From an uncultured Bacteroidales bacterium (GTDB taxonomy: Bacteria > Bacteroidota > Bacteroidia > Bacteroidales > GCA-2748055), in NCBI GenBank assembly GCA_963771005.1, contig CAVYRO010000008.1, positions 197,029 through 261,028 of the forward strand: a stretch of DNA of 64,000 bases. The letters are read 5' to 3'. The notes beneath the pieces were generated by a model, which worked only from the letters and a program-made list of their open reading frames with translations, was not told where the DNA came from and did not search any database. Shown here in pieces: positions 48,764-58,553 of this stretch. The position numbers and the translations under genes are program-made. Within the stretch, counting starts at the first letter, position 1, and every line of letters starts with the position of its first letter.

Positions 48764-50315
48764 ATGAAAACGCTTATAATACTAATCTCACTCATTCCTC
48801 TCCAGTCTTCCATCTATTCGCAGAAATACAACATCGCGGATATGGGGGCAAAAGGAGACGGCGTAACGATCAATACCAAAATGATCCAGGATGTCATCGA
48901 CCGTGCCTCCGGCAACGGAGGGGGAATGGTGATCATCCCTGAGGGGCGGTTCCTTTCCGGCACTATCATGCTGAAATCCGGGGTGGAGCTTCACCTCGAA
49001 GAAAATGCCGTCTTGCTGGGAAGTACCGATCCCTATGATTATCCCTTAATGAAAGAAGTTCTCGGCAGTGATAGAAAGCCGGAACATCAGCGTGGCGCCC
49101 TGATCCTTGCGGAAAACCAGGATAACATCAAAATTTCGGGTCCCGGAACCATCGACGGACAGGGCCGTGAGCTTGCCCTTGCCATCGACAGCCTGTATTA
49201 TGCCGGTGTCCTCGACATTAAGTATTATAATCTGCGGCGAAAGAGACCCGGAAGACGGCCCGGGGATATCGTCTTTTACCGGTGCAATAATGCCGGCGTT
49301 ACCGGGGTCACGATCAAAAATTCAGGCTCCTGGGTGCAGACCTATGAATTATGCCATAATCTCATTATCGATCAGATCAGGGTCGAGAGTGATGCCTACT
49401 GGAACAATGACGGGTTGGATATCGTGGACTGCGTGAATGCCAGGGTCACGAATTGCTATGTCAATTCAGCCGATGACGGGATCTGCCTGAAATCGGAGAA
49501 CGAAGGTTACTTTTGCGATAGTATCTATGTGGCAAATTGCACTGTCAGGTCAAGTGCGAGCGCTGTTAAATTCGGCACGGCTTCCGTGGGCGGGTTTAAA
49601 AATATTGTCATCAGACATATTTATGTCTACGATACCTTCCGTTCGGCCGTTGCCCTGGAATCGGTTGATGGCGGCGATCTTGAAAATGTCCTGGTCGACA
49701 GTGTGATCGCCGTGAATACGGGGAATCCCATTTTTATCCGGCTCGGACACAGGAACGGGGATAGCCATACCGGCAGCCTGAAAAATGTCATCGTCAGGAA
49801 TATCCAGGCCCAGGTACCCTATTCCGTTCCCGATATTAACTACGAGATCCGGGGACCGGAGCTGGACTTCTTCCATAATCCCTTTCCGTCGTCCATTACC
49901 GGCATTCCCGGGCACATGGTCGAAAATGTGACCCTGGAAAATATTCACATCACTTATCCGGGCCGGGGCAACAAGGGATATGCCTATTTGCCGGTTTACC
50001 GTTTGCAGTCGGTGCCGGAGGTGGAAGAACCAGTACCCGGAGTTTTCGATGTTCGGGGAGCTGCCCGCCTGGGCTTTTTATGTAAGGCATGTGAAAGGAC
50101 TGACTTTGAAAAATATTACGGTCAAGGCGGAAGCTGATGACTACCGCCCGGCATTCGTGTTCGATGATGTTCAGGATCTGCAAATTGACCGGGTTCATAT
50201 CTCAAAATCGAACAAAAACGCCCCTATCGTGCTGAAACAGGTATCGGGGGAACAAATTGAGGATGTTTTTATACCCGGATTTGAGGGTAAGAAGATAGAA
50301 ATGATAAAAAAATAG
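48764..50315 (+). CDS. GH28-family glycoside hydrolase (polygalacturonase/rhamnogalacturonase-like); one frame break near 49980-50137
   Basis: YNIADMGAKGDGVTINTKMIQDVIDRAS..GGGMVIIPEGRFLSG. Catalytic-region motifs are NNDGLDIVDC and SADDGICLKS. The tail ORF 49980-50315 is collinear. Confidence 0.75.
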
Positions 50316-50365
50316 AATGAAATAATCGATCAAGTGGATTCCGTTATACCTTTAAAATCAAAACA

Positions 50366-51914
50366 ATGAAATATCCAGTAAAAATATTCCTGCTTGCTTT
50401 AATCTTTGGTCTTTCCGTACAATGGCAGGTAAGCGGAAGTACAATACCAAAACATGTATTTAATGTAAAGGATTACGGTGCTGCCGGTGATGGCTCAACA
50501 ATGGATACGAGAGCCATTAACAATTGTATCGATTCGGCCTCTGCTGCCGGTGGCGGCACGGTTTATTTCCCGGCCGGAGAATATCTGACCGGTTCCATCC
50601 ATCTGAAAAGCAATATCGGGCTCTTCATCGGTCCGGGCGCCGTTATCGTGGCGACATCCTATGATGATTCGGCCGAATACGACAAGGCGGAACCTGCCAT
50701 CAATGATATTTACCAGGATTTCGGCCACAGTCATTTTCAAAACAGCCTGATCTGGGGAGAAAATCTGCATGATATTTCCATCACCGGTACCGGCATGATC
50801 TGGGGCAGCGGATTGGTTAAGAATTTAATGGGGATGAACCGTCCCGACTATCCGAACAAATCCATATCCCTCCTTTCCTGCCGTAATGTGATCATCCGGG
50901 ATATCTCGATCCTTCACGGGGGTTGGTTCGCCATTCTTGCCACAGGAGTCGATAATCTGACCATTGACAACCTGAAAATAGATACAAACCGGGATGGCAT
51001 GGATATCGATTGTTGCCGGAACGTCAGGATATCCGAACTGTACGGTGAATTCTCCCGGTGATGACGGTATCTGCCTCAAGAGTTCCTTTGCCCTGGGTTA
51101 TCCGCGGAGCACGGAGAACGTGACTATCAGTGACTGCCAGGTAAGCGGGTACATCGAAGGAAGCCTTCTCGACGGAACCTTCATGAAACAGGAGTGGGAA
51201 GGCAGAGGTCCCACGGGCCGGATAAAATTCGGGACCGAGTCGAATGGGGGCTTTAAAAATATTACCATCACGAACTGCGTCTTTGACCATTGCCGCGGTC
51301 TTGCGCTCGAAACTGTTGACGGCGCCATACTGGAAGACGTCACCATCAGCAATATCACGATGCGGGACATCATGAATTCACCCATCTTCATCAGGCTCGG
51401 AGCACGAATGCGGGCCCCCGACAGCATGGCTGTAGGCGTCTGCCGGAGGATCATCATCAGCAACGTCATCGTATATAACGCGGTAGATACCAATTCGGCT
51501 TCTATCATCAGCGGGATCCCGGGTCATGAGATCGAAGACCTGCACCTGAGCAACATCCATATTTATTACAAGGGGGAAGGAACAGAAAAAATGGCAGCCG
51601 GAAATGTTCCCGAGTACGAAAAGGATTACCCCGAACCCGACAAATTCAAAACCGTTCCTGCTTATGGTTTTTTTATAAGGCATGTCAGGAATCTGGATAT
51701 GACCGACATCTCGGTGAAGTTCCTCAACCCGGAGAAAAGACCTCCTTTCTTCCTCGAAGACGTATCAGGAGCACGTTTCAGAAACATTGAAGCCGAAACA
51801 ACGAAGGGAGTGCCCGTTTTTAACCTGAATGACACCAGGGATCTGACTTTCCGGAGTGTGGCAGGTGTAAAGGATGCCAGACTCGCAAAGACAGACCATT
51901 CCAAATTACAATGA
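50366..51914 (+). CDS. GH28-family glycoside hydrolase; one frame break near 50994-51061
   Basis: FNVKDYGAAGDGSTMDTRAINNCIDSAS..GGGTVYFPAGEYLTG. Motifs are NRDGMDIDCC and GDDGICLKS across the break. Confidence 0.75.
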
Positions 51915-51954
51915 CCGGCAGAGATCTGCTGTAAAAATATAAAACACCGAAATA

Positions 51955-53430
51955 ATGAAAGCTTCAGCGGTTATTCTCTTAATGCTCGCAATGTCCGTAT
52001 GGGGATGCTCATCCTCCCGGCCGCATGAAGGTCCCTTCTTTACCACCGGTATCAAAATAGGGGAAGTGACACCCAACCAGGCCATCGTATGGGCAAGACT
52101 TACGAGGGATCCCATCCGCGTTCCCGATTCGGCGCCCGTTCCGGTTATCCTGTATAAGGATCCGCAGACGGGTGATTTCGGTCCCAAACCTGACGGCGAC
52201 TCACGACCGGATCTGGAACCCCGGGTTACCTACCCTGAGGGTACAGATATAAATTCCATTGCGGGGGCAGTGCCGGGTGCACCAGGTGACGTGCGTTTTT
52301 CATGGAGGAACGGCGGCGGTGATTGGGAAAGATCCCCCTGGCAGCCGGTGAACACGGAACATGATTTTACCACCCGCTTTACGATCAAAGGCCTTATGCC
52401 GGCGACCGGTTACGAATTGAAAGTCGAAGCCAGGCCACAAAACGGTCAATCCCTTTCCGATACCCTTTCCGGAAGTTTCACAACAGCGCCCGCCCCTGAT
52501 GTCCCGGCTGATGTCACTTTTATGGCCGTGACCGGCCAGGCTTATCCCGACAGGGATGACAACAGCAACGGGTTTAAGATCTACAAGGCCATGCTCAGAC
52601 AGGATCCCGATTTTTTTGTCCATACCGGCGATATTATTTATTACGACCAGTATGCCAAAAACCTGGAACTGGCCCGCTGGCACTGGCAGCGCATGTACAG
52701 CTTCCCTAACCTCCTGGATTTCCACCGCCGGGTAGTGAGCTATTTTGAAAAAGATGACCACGATACCTGGATGAATGATTGCTGGCCCACCATGGAAACC
52801 AAATTTATGGGTGATTTCACCTTTAAACAGGGCCAGCAGGTTTTCCTGGACGAAGTTCCGATGGGTACCCGGACTTACCGTACTTTCCGCTGGGGAAAGG
52901 ATCTCCAGGTATGGCTCGTGGAAGGGCGGGATTTCCGTGTTTCCAATGATATGCCCGACGGACCCGGAAAAACGATCTGGGGCGAAGAACAACTCGAATG
53001 GTTTGAGAAAACTGCCGGCGAATCCGATGCGACCTTTAAGGTACTTATTACTCCCACGCCAGTTGTGGGTCCCGACCGTCCACAGAAAGATGACAATTAC
53101 GCCAATAGCGGTTTTCAGTATGAAGGACAAAAGATCCGCGATTTTATTGCAAAACAGCCCCGTATGTATGTAGTCACCGGCGACCGCCACTGGCAATACG
53201 TTTCGAAGGATGATAAAACAGGCATCATGGAATTTAGCACGGGCCCCGAAAGCGATCAGCATGCCGGGGGATGGAAACAGGGCGATAAACGGCCGGAGCA
53301 TTTATACCTCAATGTGGTTGGCGGCTATCTCGAAGTCTCGGTCTATCATAAAAACAATAAACCGGGAATCGTTTTCCGGCATCATGATGTGGACGGGAAG
53401 GTATTGTTTGAATACGGGGAGGGTGTATAG
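51955..53430 (+). CDS. PhoD-like metallophosphatase
   Basis: 491-aa intact ORF with a lipoprotein-like N-terminus (LLMLAMSVWGCSSS). The PhoD_N-like segment is IKIGEVTPNQAIVWARLTRD. The metallophosphoesterase-like segment is FFVHTGDIIYYD. Confidence 0.55.
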   Translation: MKASAVILLMLAMSVWGCSSSRPHEGPFFTTGIKIGEVTPNQAIVWARLTRDPIRVPDSAPVPVILYKDPQTGDFGPKPDGDSRPDLEPRVTYPEGTDINSIAGAVPGAPGDVRFSWRNGGGDWERSPWQPVNTEHDFTTRFTIKGLMPATGYELKVEARPQNGQSLSDTLSGSFTTAPAPDVPADVTFMAVTGQAYPDRDDNSNGFKIYKAMLRQDPDFFVHTGDIIYYDQYAKNLELARWHWQRMYSFPNLLDFHRRVVSYFEKDDHDTWMNDCWPTMETKFMGDFTFKQGQQVFLDEVPMGTRTYRTFRWGKDLQVWLVEGRDFRVSNDMPDGPGKTIWGEEQLEWFEKTAGESDATFKVLITPTPVVGPDRPQKDDNYANSGFQYEGQKIRDFIAKQPRMYVVTGDRHWQYVSKDDKTGIMEFSTGPESDQHAGGWKQGDKRPEHLYLNVVGGYLEVSVYHKNNKPGIVFRHHDVDGKVLFEYGEGV

Positions 53431-53449
53431 GTGTAAACTATGCGTGCTC

Positions 53450-53477
53450 TGCGGTTAAATAAAAAATAGTAACCGCA
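53450..53477 (+). terminator. Stem-loop 20 nt after the PhoD-like stop codon (possible terminator)
   Basis: TGCGGTTA (53450-53457) pairs with TAACCGCA (53470-53477) around a 12-nt A-rich loop. There is no clear U-tract. Confidence 0.3.
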
Positions 53478-53510
53478 AAGGTCGCAAAGGTTGCGCAAAG
53501 ATCGCAAAGG
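53473..53510. repeat. Four tandem copies of a 9-10 bp unit containing GCAAAG(G)
   Basis: ccGCAAAGGtcGCAAAGGttgcGCAAAGatcGCAAAGG, read directly at 53473-53510. Confidence 0.7.
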
Positions 53511-53552
53511 GAGGAGGGAACTTGAGTTTGTCCTTTTTCAGAATGTCCAAAA

Positions 53553-53637
53553 ATTGTAATACAATACATAAAAAAACGATATATTGTGTATTGCGATACA
53601 AAAAATTTGAAAAAAAATTGTATTACATTACATAAAA
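53553..53637. promoter_or_regulatory. AT-rich direct repeats upstream of the GH78 gene (candidate operator/promoter region)
   Basis: ATTGTAATACAATACATAAAA (53553-53573) and ATTGTATTACATTACATAAAA (53617-53637) match at 19 of 21 positions. A looser copy, ATTGTGTATTGCGATACAAAA, lies between them. Confidence 0.35.
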
Positions 53638-53751
53638 CAACCGGTGTAGTAAATTTTAATCTTTCTGCCTTATGGCTGTGGATAAGCAATTTAATTTTAT
53701 GAAAAAAATAAATCCTCCAATCAACCAATCAACAAATCAACAAATCAACAA

Positions 53752-56037
53752 ATGAACAGGTTACACCTTATAAAAATATCTCTTCTCCTCCTGCCGGGGC
53801 TGATCTTGCCGGTCTGCGGTATGCATGCCGGAAATGTCCCCACCCATCTCAGCATAAATTTTCTCACCCGTACCGGTCAGGTCTTCCTCAATGGTTATCC
53901 TGTTAACACTCCTCTCGCCGCGGCCGCGGCCGGAAATGAAAATTATGAGTACGCTGAAATTGCACAGGATCATCCCTTCTTCGGATGGGTCGTTCCTTCC
54001 TCCGGTGACAGCACATTACAGGCAGGTTACCGGATCCTGGTATCTTCCTCGATGGAAAAGATCCGGAATGACACCGGCGACATCTGGGACTCCGGGAAGG
54101 TGGAAAATGATGCATCGATAAACGTGCGGTATAAGGGTAAGCCACTGGAACCGGGAAATGTCTATTACTGGAAAGTGAAGACCTGGGATAACCATGACGT
54201 TGAATCCGGATATTCCGCTGTTTCTGCATTCCGCACAGCCAATGAAATGACAGGTTATGCCACGGCACGCTATCCCCTGCAGAAAGAAGACGAATATCCG
54301 GTGAGCATTAAACCCGTTTCAGACAGCCTGACCTTCATCGATTTCGGGAAGGATGCCTTCGGCCGCCTGAGACTCAGCCTTCAGGGCCTACCCGGAATTG
54401 ACAGCATTACCATCAGCCTTGGAGAGGCTGAGAAAAATGGGAGGATTGACAGGGAACCCGGCGGTACGATACGTTTTTCCATGTATAAACTGGCGCTGCG
54501 GGGCGGCTGGAACACCTACATCATCGCCATCCGGCCCGATATGAGAAACACACGTCCGGGAGCCATCCCGATGCCGGCATACACAGGCGATGTAACCCCG
54601 TTCCGCTACTGTGAGATCGAGGGATATCCATCCGACATTCCAGGATACCAGATTATCCGCGAGATGACATTCTACCCTTTCGACGAAACGGAGTCCTTTT
54701 TTACAAGCTCCGATTCAATCCTGAACGCTGTATGGGATCTCTGCAAATATTCAATAAAAGCCACGTCTTTCACCGGAACCTACGTGGACGGCGACCGCGA
54801 AAGAAAGCCTTACGAGGCGGATGCGCTGATCAACCAGCTCGGACAATACGGAGTGACCCGCGAATACAGCATGGCACGCCATACGCTGGAATATCTTATT
54901 TTTCATGCCACATGGCCCACCGAATGGATACTGCAAACGGAACTTATGGCCTGGCACGATTACATGTACACCGGGAATACATCTCTTTTTGAGAAGTATT
55001 ACGATGAGTTGAAAGCTAAGACTATGATGCCGCTTGAGGATAAATTCGGGTTTATCAGCAGCCGATCAGGTAAGGTAACACCCGGGCTGCTTGAATCCAT
55101 CCATCTCAATGACCAGCTTCGTGACAATGTGGACTGGCCGCATTCGGGAGGTCTCGGACTTAGTAAAAAAGAACCCGGGGAAACGGACGGTTTCATCTTC
55201 GAGGATGTGAATACAGTGGTAAATGCCTTTTACTTCAAGGCGCTGGAGATAATGGCCGGAGTTGCCGGGATCACAGGTCGGAAAGAGGATAGTGCCATGT
55301 TTGCATATCATGCAGCCAGGCTGAATAAATCATTCAATGTTTTCCTGTTTAATAAACTGGGAAAAGTCTACCGTGATGGCATCGGAACCCGCCATGCCTC
55401 TCTCCATGCCAATATGTTTCCCCTGGAATTCGGACTGGTGCCTGAAAAATACGACGATGATATCCTCGATTTCATCCGGACAAGGGGCATGGCCTGTAGC
55501 GTTTACGGCGCCCAGTTCCTTCTGGATGCCCTTTACGATCAGAATGAGGCAGGCTATGCACTTGATCTGTTGACTTCGACATCCTCCCGGAGCTGGTACA
55601 ACATGATCAGGGCAGGTTCGACAATTACAATGGAGGCCTGGGATAATAAATACAAGCCGAACCAGGACTGGAACCATGCCTGGGGTGCGGCACCGGCGAA
55701 TATTATCCCGCGCAAACTGATGGGTATCGAACCCCTGGAACCAGGCTTCCGCAAGATCCGGATAAAACCCCGGCCGGATGATCTCGAACACGCGGAGATA
55801 AAAGTTCCAACGATCCGGGGAGAGGTAACGGTTTCCTTCCTGAATAAAGCCGGGGAACCTTTCACACTTGACGTCACAACACCTGCCAATACAATCGCAG
55901 AGATTTACCTTCCCTACCCGTCAGGATCACAAAAAATAACCTCAGACGGTGAACCGGTTTCCTTTGCAAGGGAGGGAAAATATGCCGTCGTTCATAATGT
56001 CGGATCCGGGAGTCATACTTTCAGCATAGAGGAATAA
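53752..56037 (+). CDS. GH78-family alpha-L-rhamnosidase
   Basis: 761-aa intact ORF. The N-terminal domain pattern is PFFGWVV...LQAGYRILVSSS...IWDSGKVENDASINVRYKGKPLEPGNVYYWKVKTWD. The six-hairpin region has TYVDGDRERKPYEADA. Confidence 0.75.
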   Translation: MNRLHLIKISLLLLPGLILPVCGMHAGNVPTHLSINFLTRTGQVFLNGYPVNTPLAAAAAGNENYEYAEIAQDHPFFGWVVPSSGDSTLQAGYRILVSSSMEKIRNDTGDIWDSGKVENDASINVRYKGKPLEPGNVYYWKVKTWDNHDVESGYSAVSAFRTANEMTGYATARYPLQKEDEYPVSIKPVSDSLTFIDFGKDAFGRLRLSLQGLPGIDSITISLGEAEKNGRIDREPGGTIRFSMYKLALRGGWNTYIIAIRPDMRNTRPGAIPMPAYTGDVTPFRYCEIEGYPSDIPGYQIIREMTFYPFDETESFFTSSDSILNAVWDLCKYSIKATSFTGTYVDGDRERKPYEADALINQLGQYGVTREYSMARHTLEYLIFHATWPTEWILQTELMAWHDYMYTGNTSLFEKYYDELKAKTMMPLEDKFGFISSRSGKVTPGLLESIHLNDQLRDNVDWPHSGGLGLSKKEPGETDGFIFEDVNTVVNAFYFKALEIMAGVAGITGRKEDSAMFAYHAARLNKSFNVFLFNKLGKVYRDGIGTRHASLHANMFPLEFGLVPEKYDDDILDFIRTRGMACSVYGAQFLLDALYDQNEAGYALDLLTSTSSRSWYNMIRAGSTITMEAWDNKYKPNQDWNHAWGAAPANIIPRKLMGIEPLEPGFRKIRIKPRPDDLEHAEIKVPTIRGEVTVSFLNKAGEPFTLDVTTPANTIAEIYLPYPSGSQKITSDGEPVSFAREGKYAVVHNVGSGSHTFSIEE

Positions 56038-56049
56038 TTCAGAAGATAG

Positions 56050-56430
56050 ATGAAGGAGCCATCGCGCATGAAAATAAAATCAGGAATGAGAAAAGCATTT
56101 TACCTTGCCGACGGGGTTTCGAACGGGGAGGGAATTTATACATTCACGAGCATTCAATCCCTGGAATCGGATGCTCCCGCCGTATTCTCCTTTACGGACC
56201 ATGGCCATCATTTCACCGGAGATTATAAGGGAATAGCGGTGATAAAGGTGGACAGCGAAGGAAACCTTCAAAAACTGGCTGCAACGGGTTTTAGTTCGAT
56301 GAACCGGGATAATCATGTGATTTTACGCGCCGGTTCTCCCTGCGATATTTTCGTTACACCCGGGAAAAACGGATGGCATGCGGTGGTGGCAGATAAAGAG
56401 CACCATGTACAAATATTCGCGGAAGAGTAA
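56050..56430 (+). CDS. Hypothetical protein
   Basis: 126-aa ORF between two glycosidase genes. No signal peptide or motif recognised. Confidence 0.35.
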   Translation: MKEPSRMKIKSGMRKAFYLADGVSNGEGIYTFTSIQSLESDAPAVFSFTDHGHHFTGDYKGIAVIKVDSEGNLQKLAATGFSSMNRDNHVILRAGSPCDIFVTPGKNGWHAVVADKEHHVQIFAEE

Positions 56431-56463
56431 AAATTGATTTTTACAGAATGTATTATTCTGATT

Positions 56464-58485
56464 ATGAGACTTAGAAACATTTTATTCCTGAGCTTCACCA
56501 TTCTCGTCACCGGTTTTTTCACAAGTTGCCGGCATTCATATGAGGTATGGCTGGATGATCTTGAAATCAAAAAGTATTCGCAGGATATAAGTTCACCTTT
56601 ACCTGTCAATCCCGGCAGCGGGGATACGATAAAAATAGGAGACCAAAAATTTAACCGGGGTATCGGCGTGAAGTTCGTCAGTGCCCTGTCCTTTTTCCCC
56701 AATGGAAAGGCGAAAAGATTTACGGCTTCTGCAGGGCCCGGCATGAATGCCCCGGATCCCACGCCTGTGAAATTCTATGTCATCGGGGACCGGAAGATCC
56801 TGTTTGAGAGCAGGATCATGGGCAGGGGCGAACCGCCCGAGGATATCGATGTCAGCCTGGAGGGTATCAGAGGGGTGGGGTTGCTCGTTGTGAAAGCAGG
56901 TGAAATCCGCCAAAGATCCGTTTCCTGGTGGGCGGATGCAAAATTTATTATGCTTGAGGACAAAGGCCTTCAGCCTGTCATGGACAGCGAAAAAAAATAC
57001 ATACTTACGCCTTCGCCGGGCGATACACCAGAGATCCATTCGGCGAAAGTTTTCGGGGCTACCCCCGGTAACCCGTTCTTTTATACCATTGCAGCCACAG
57101 GGATCCATCCACTCCATTATTCTGCCAGGCATCTTCCGCCAGGTCTCACGCTGGATCCGGTGACGGGGATCATTACCGGTCGTATAAACCGGAGAGGAAC
57201 CTGGCAGGTTAGACTGAAGGTGCAGAATGCTTCCGGCGAAGATGAACAGGCACTAACCATCATATCCGGCGATACGATTGCACTCACTCCGCCGATGGGA
57301 TGGAACGGATGGAATTCCTGGGCCAGGGACATTGACAGGGAAAAGGTGATCTCGTCTGCCGATGCCATGGTCAACTCAGGACTGGCCGGTTTCGGCTGGA
57401 CCTACATTAATATCGATGATACGTGGGAGGGACAGAGAGGAGGCCTGTATAACGGCATTCAGCCCAATGAAAAATTCCGGGATTTTGCGGAAATGGTAGA
57501 TTATATTCATTCACTCGGACTGAAAGCAGGATTGTATTCAACGCCCTGGATCAGCACATATGCGGGGTATACCGGTTGCTCTTCCCCTTTCAGTGAAGGG
57601 TATTTTCCGGATTCTGTCAGGGAAAACCACAGGGAATACCGCTATGTGGGGAGATATACCTTTGAACCGGAAGATGCCCGGCAAATGGCAGCGTGGGGTA
57701 TTGATTTCCTTAAATACGACTGGCATCTGACATTGCCACCGGCTGAACGAATGCTGGATGCCCTGAGGCATTCGGGAAGAGATATCGTTTACAGCCTTTC
57801 CAATTCGGCTCCTTTCGATCAGGCTGCACAATGGGCTGAAACCGCTAACATGTGGCGAACAGGGGGTGATATCAGAGATACCTGGCTGAGCCTGTACTCG
57901 TCGGCATTTTCCATCGATAAATGGGCCCCCTTTGCTGGTCCGGGGCACTGGAACGATCCGGATATGCTAGTGTTGGGAAATGTCTCCACCGGAATGGATT
58001 TGCATCCCACGCGGCTCACACCCGATGAGCAATACAGTCATATGAGTATCTACTGCCTGCTGTCGGCCCCCCTGATCCTGGGATGCCCCCTGGAGTCGCT
58101 CGATCCCTTCACCATCAACCTGCTGACAAATGACGAGGTCCTGGAAATTGACCAGGATCCCCTCGGAAAACCTGCCAGATTAAAAAAGAATGAAAACGGT
58201 GTGCAGATCTGGGTCAAAACGATGGAGGATGGCAGTTATGCAGCCGGGATTTTCAATACCGCAGAATATGGCAATACGCCGGATTCTTTTTTCCGCTGGG
58301 GCGATGAAAAACCTTTGGAATTCACATTCGATCCCGCATCTGTAGGCTTGACCGGCAAATGGAGATTTCGTGATGTATGGCGCCAGAAAGATCTTGACGA
58401 GGGTAATCCGGCACCAACATTCACCATTCCTTTTCACGGCGTGATACTATTAAAAATGATCTCCATTAAAGACGCTACAAAATGA
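56464..58485 (+). CDS. GH27-family alpha-galactosidase-like enzyme with N-terminal NPCBM-like and Ig-like domains
   Basis: Start taken at ATG 56464 (MRLRNILFLSFTILVTGFFTSC, with a lipobox). IGDQKFNRGIGV is NPCBM-like. LPPGLTLDPVTGIITG is an Ig-like repeat. PPMGWNGWNSW and YINIDDTWEG are GH27 signatures. Confidence 0.75.
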   Translation: MRLRNILFLSFTILVTGFFTSCRHSYEVWLDDLEIKKYSQDISSPLPVNPGSGDTIKIGDQKFNRGIGVKFVSALSFFPNGKAKRFTASAGPGMNAPDPTPVKFYVIGDRKILFESRIMGRGEPPEDIDVSLEGIRGVGLLVVKAGEIRQRSVSWWADAKFIMLEDKGLQPVMDSEKKYILTPSPGDTPEIHSAKVFGATPGNPFFYTIAATGIHPLHYSARHLPPGLTLDPVTGIITGRINRRGTWQVRLKVQNASGEDEQALTIISGDTIALTPPMGWNGWNSWARDIDREKVISSADAMVNSGLAGFGWTYINIDDTWEGQRGGLYNGIQPNEKFRDFAEMVDYIHSLGLKAGLYSTPWISTYAGYTGCSSPFSEGYFPDSVRENHREYRYVGRYTFEPEDARQMAAWGIDFLKYDWHLTLPPAERMLDALRHSGRDIVYSLSNSAPFDQAAQWAETANMWRTGGDIRDTWLSLYSSAFSIDKWAPFAGPGHWNDPDMLVLGNVSTGMDLHPTRLTPDEQYSHMSIYCLLSAPLILGCPLESLDPFTINLLTNDEVLEIDQDPLGKPARLKKNENGVQIWVKTMEDGSYAAGIFNTAEYGNTPDSFFRWGDEKPLEFTFDPASVGLTGKWRFRDVWRQKDLDEGNPAPTFTIPFHGVILLKMISIKDATK

Positions 58486-58553
58486 GGATGTTATTCAATA
58501 CCGTATTTCTTTTACCGGTTCGTCCGGTTAATGATCAGAAAAACAGGCACATC

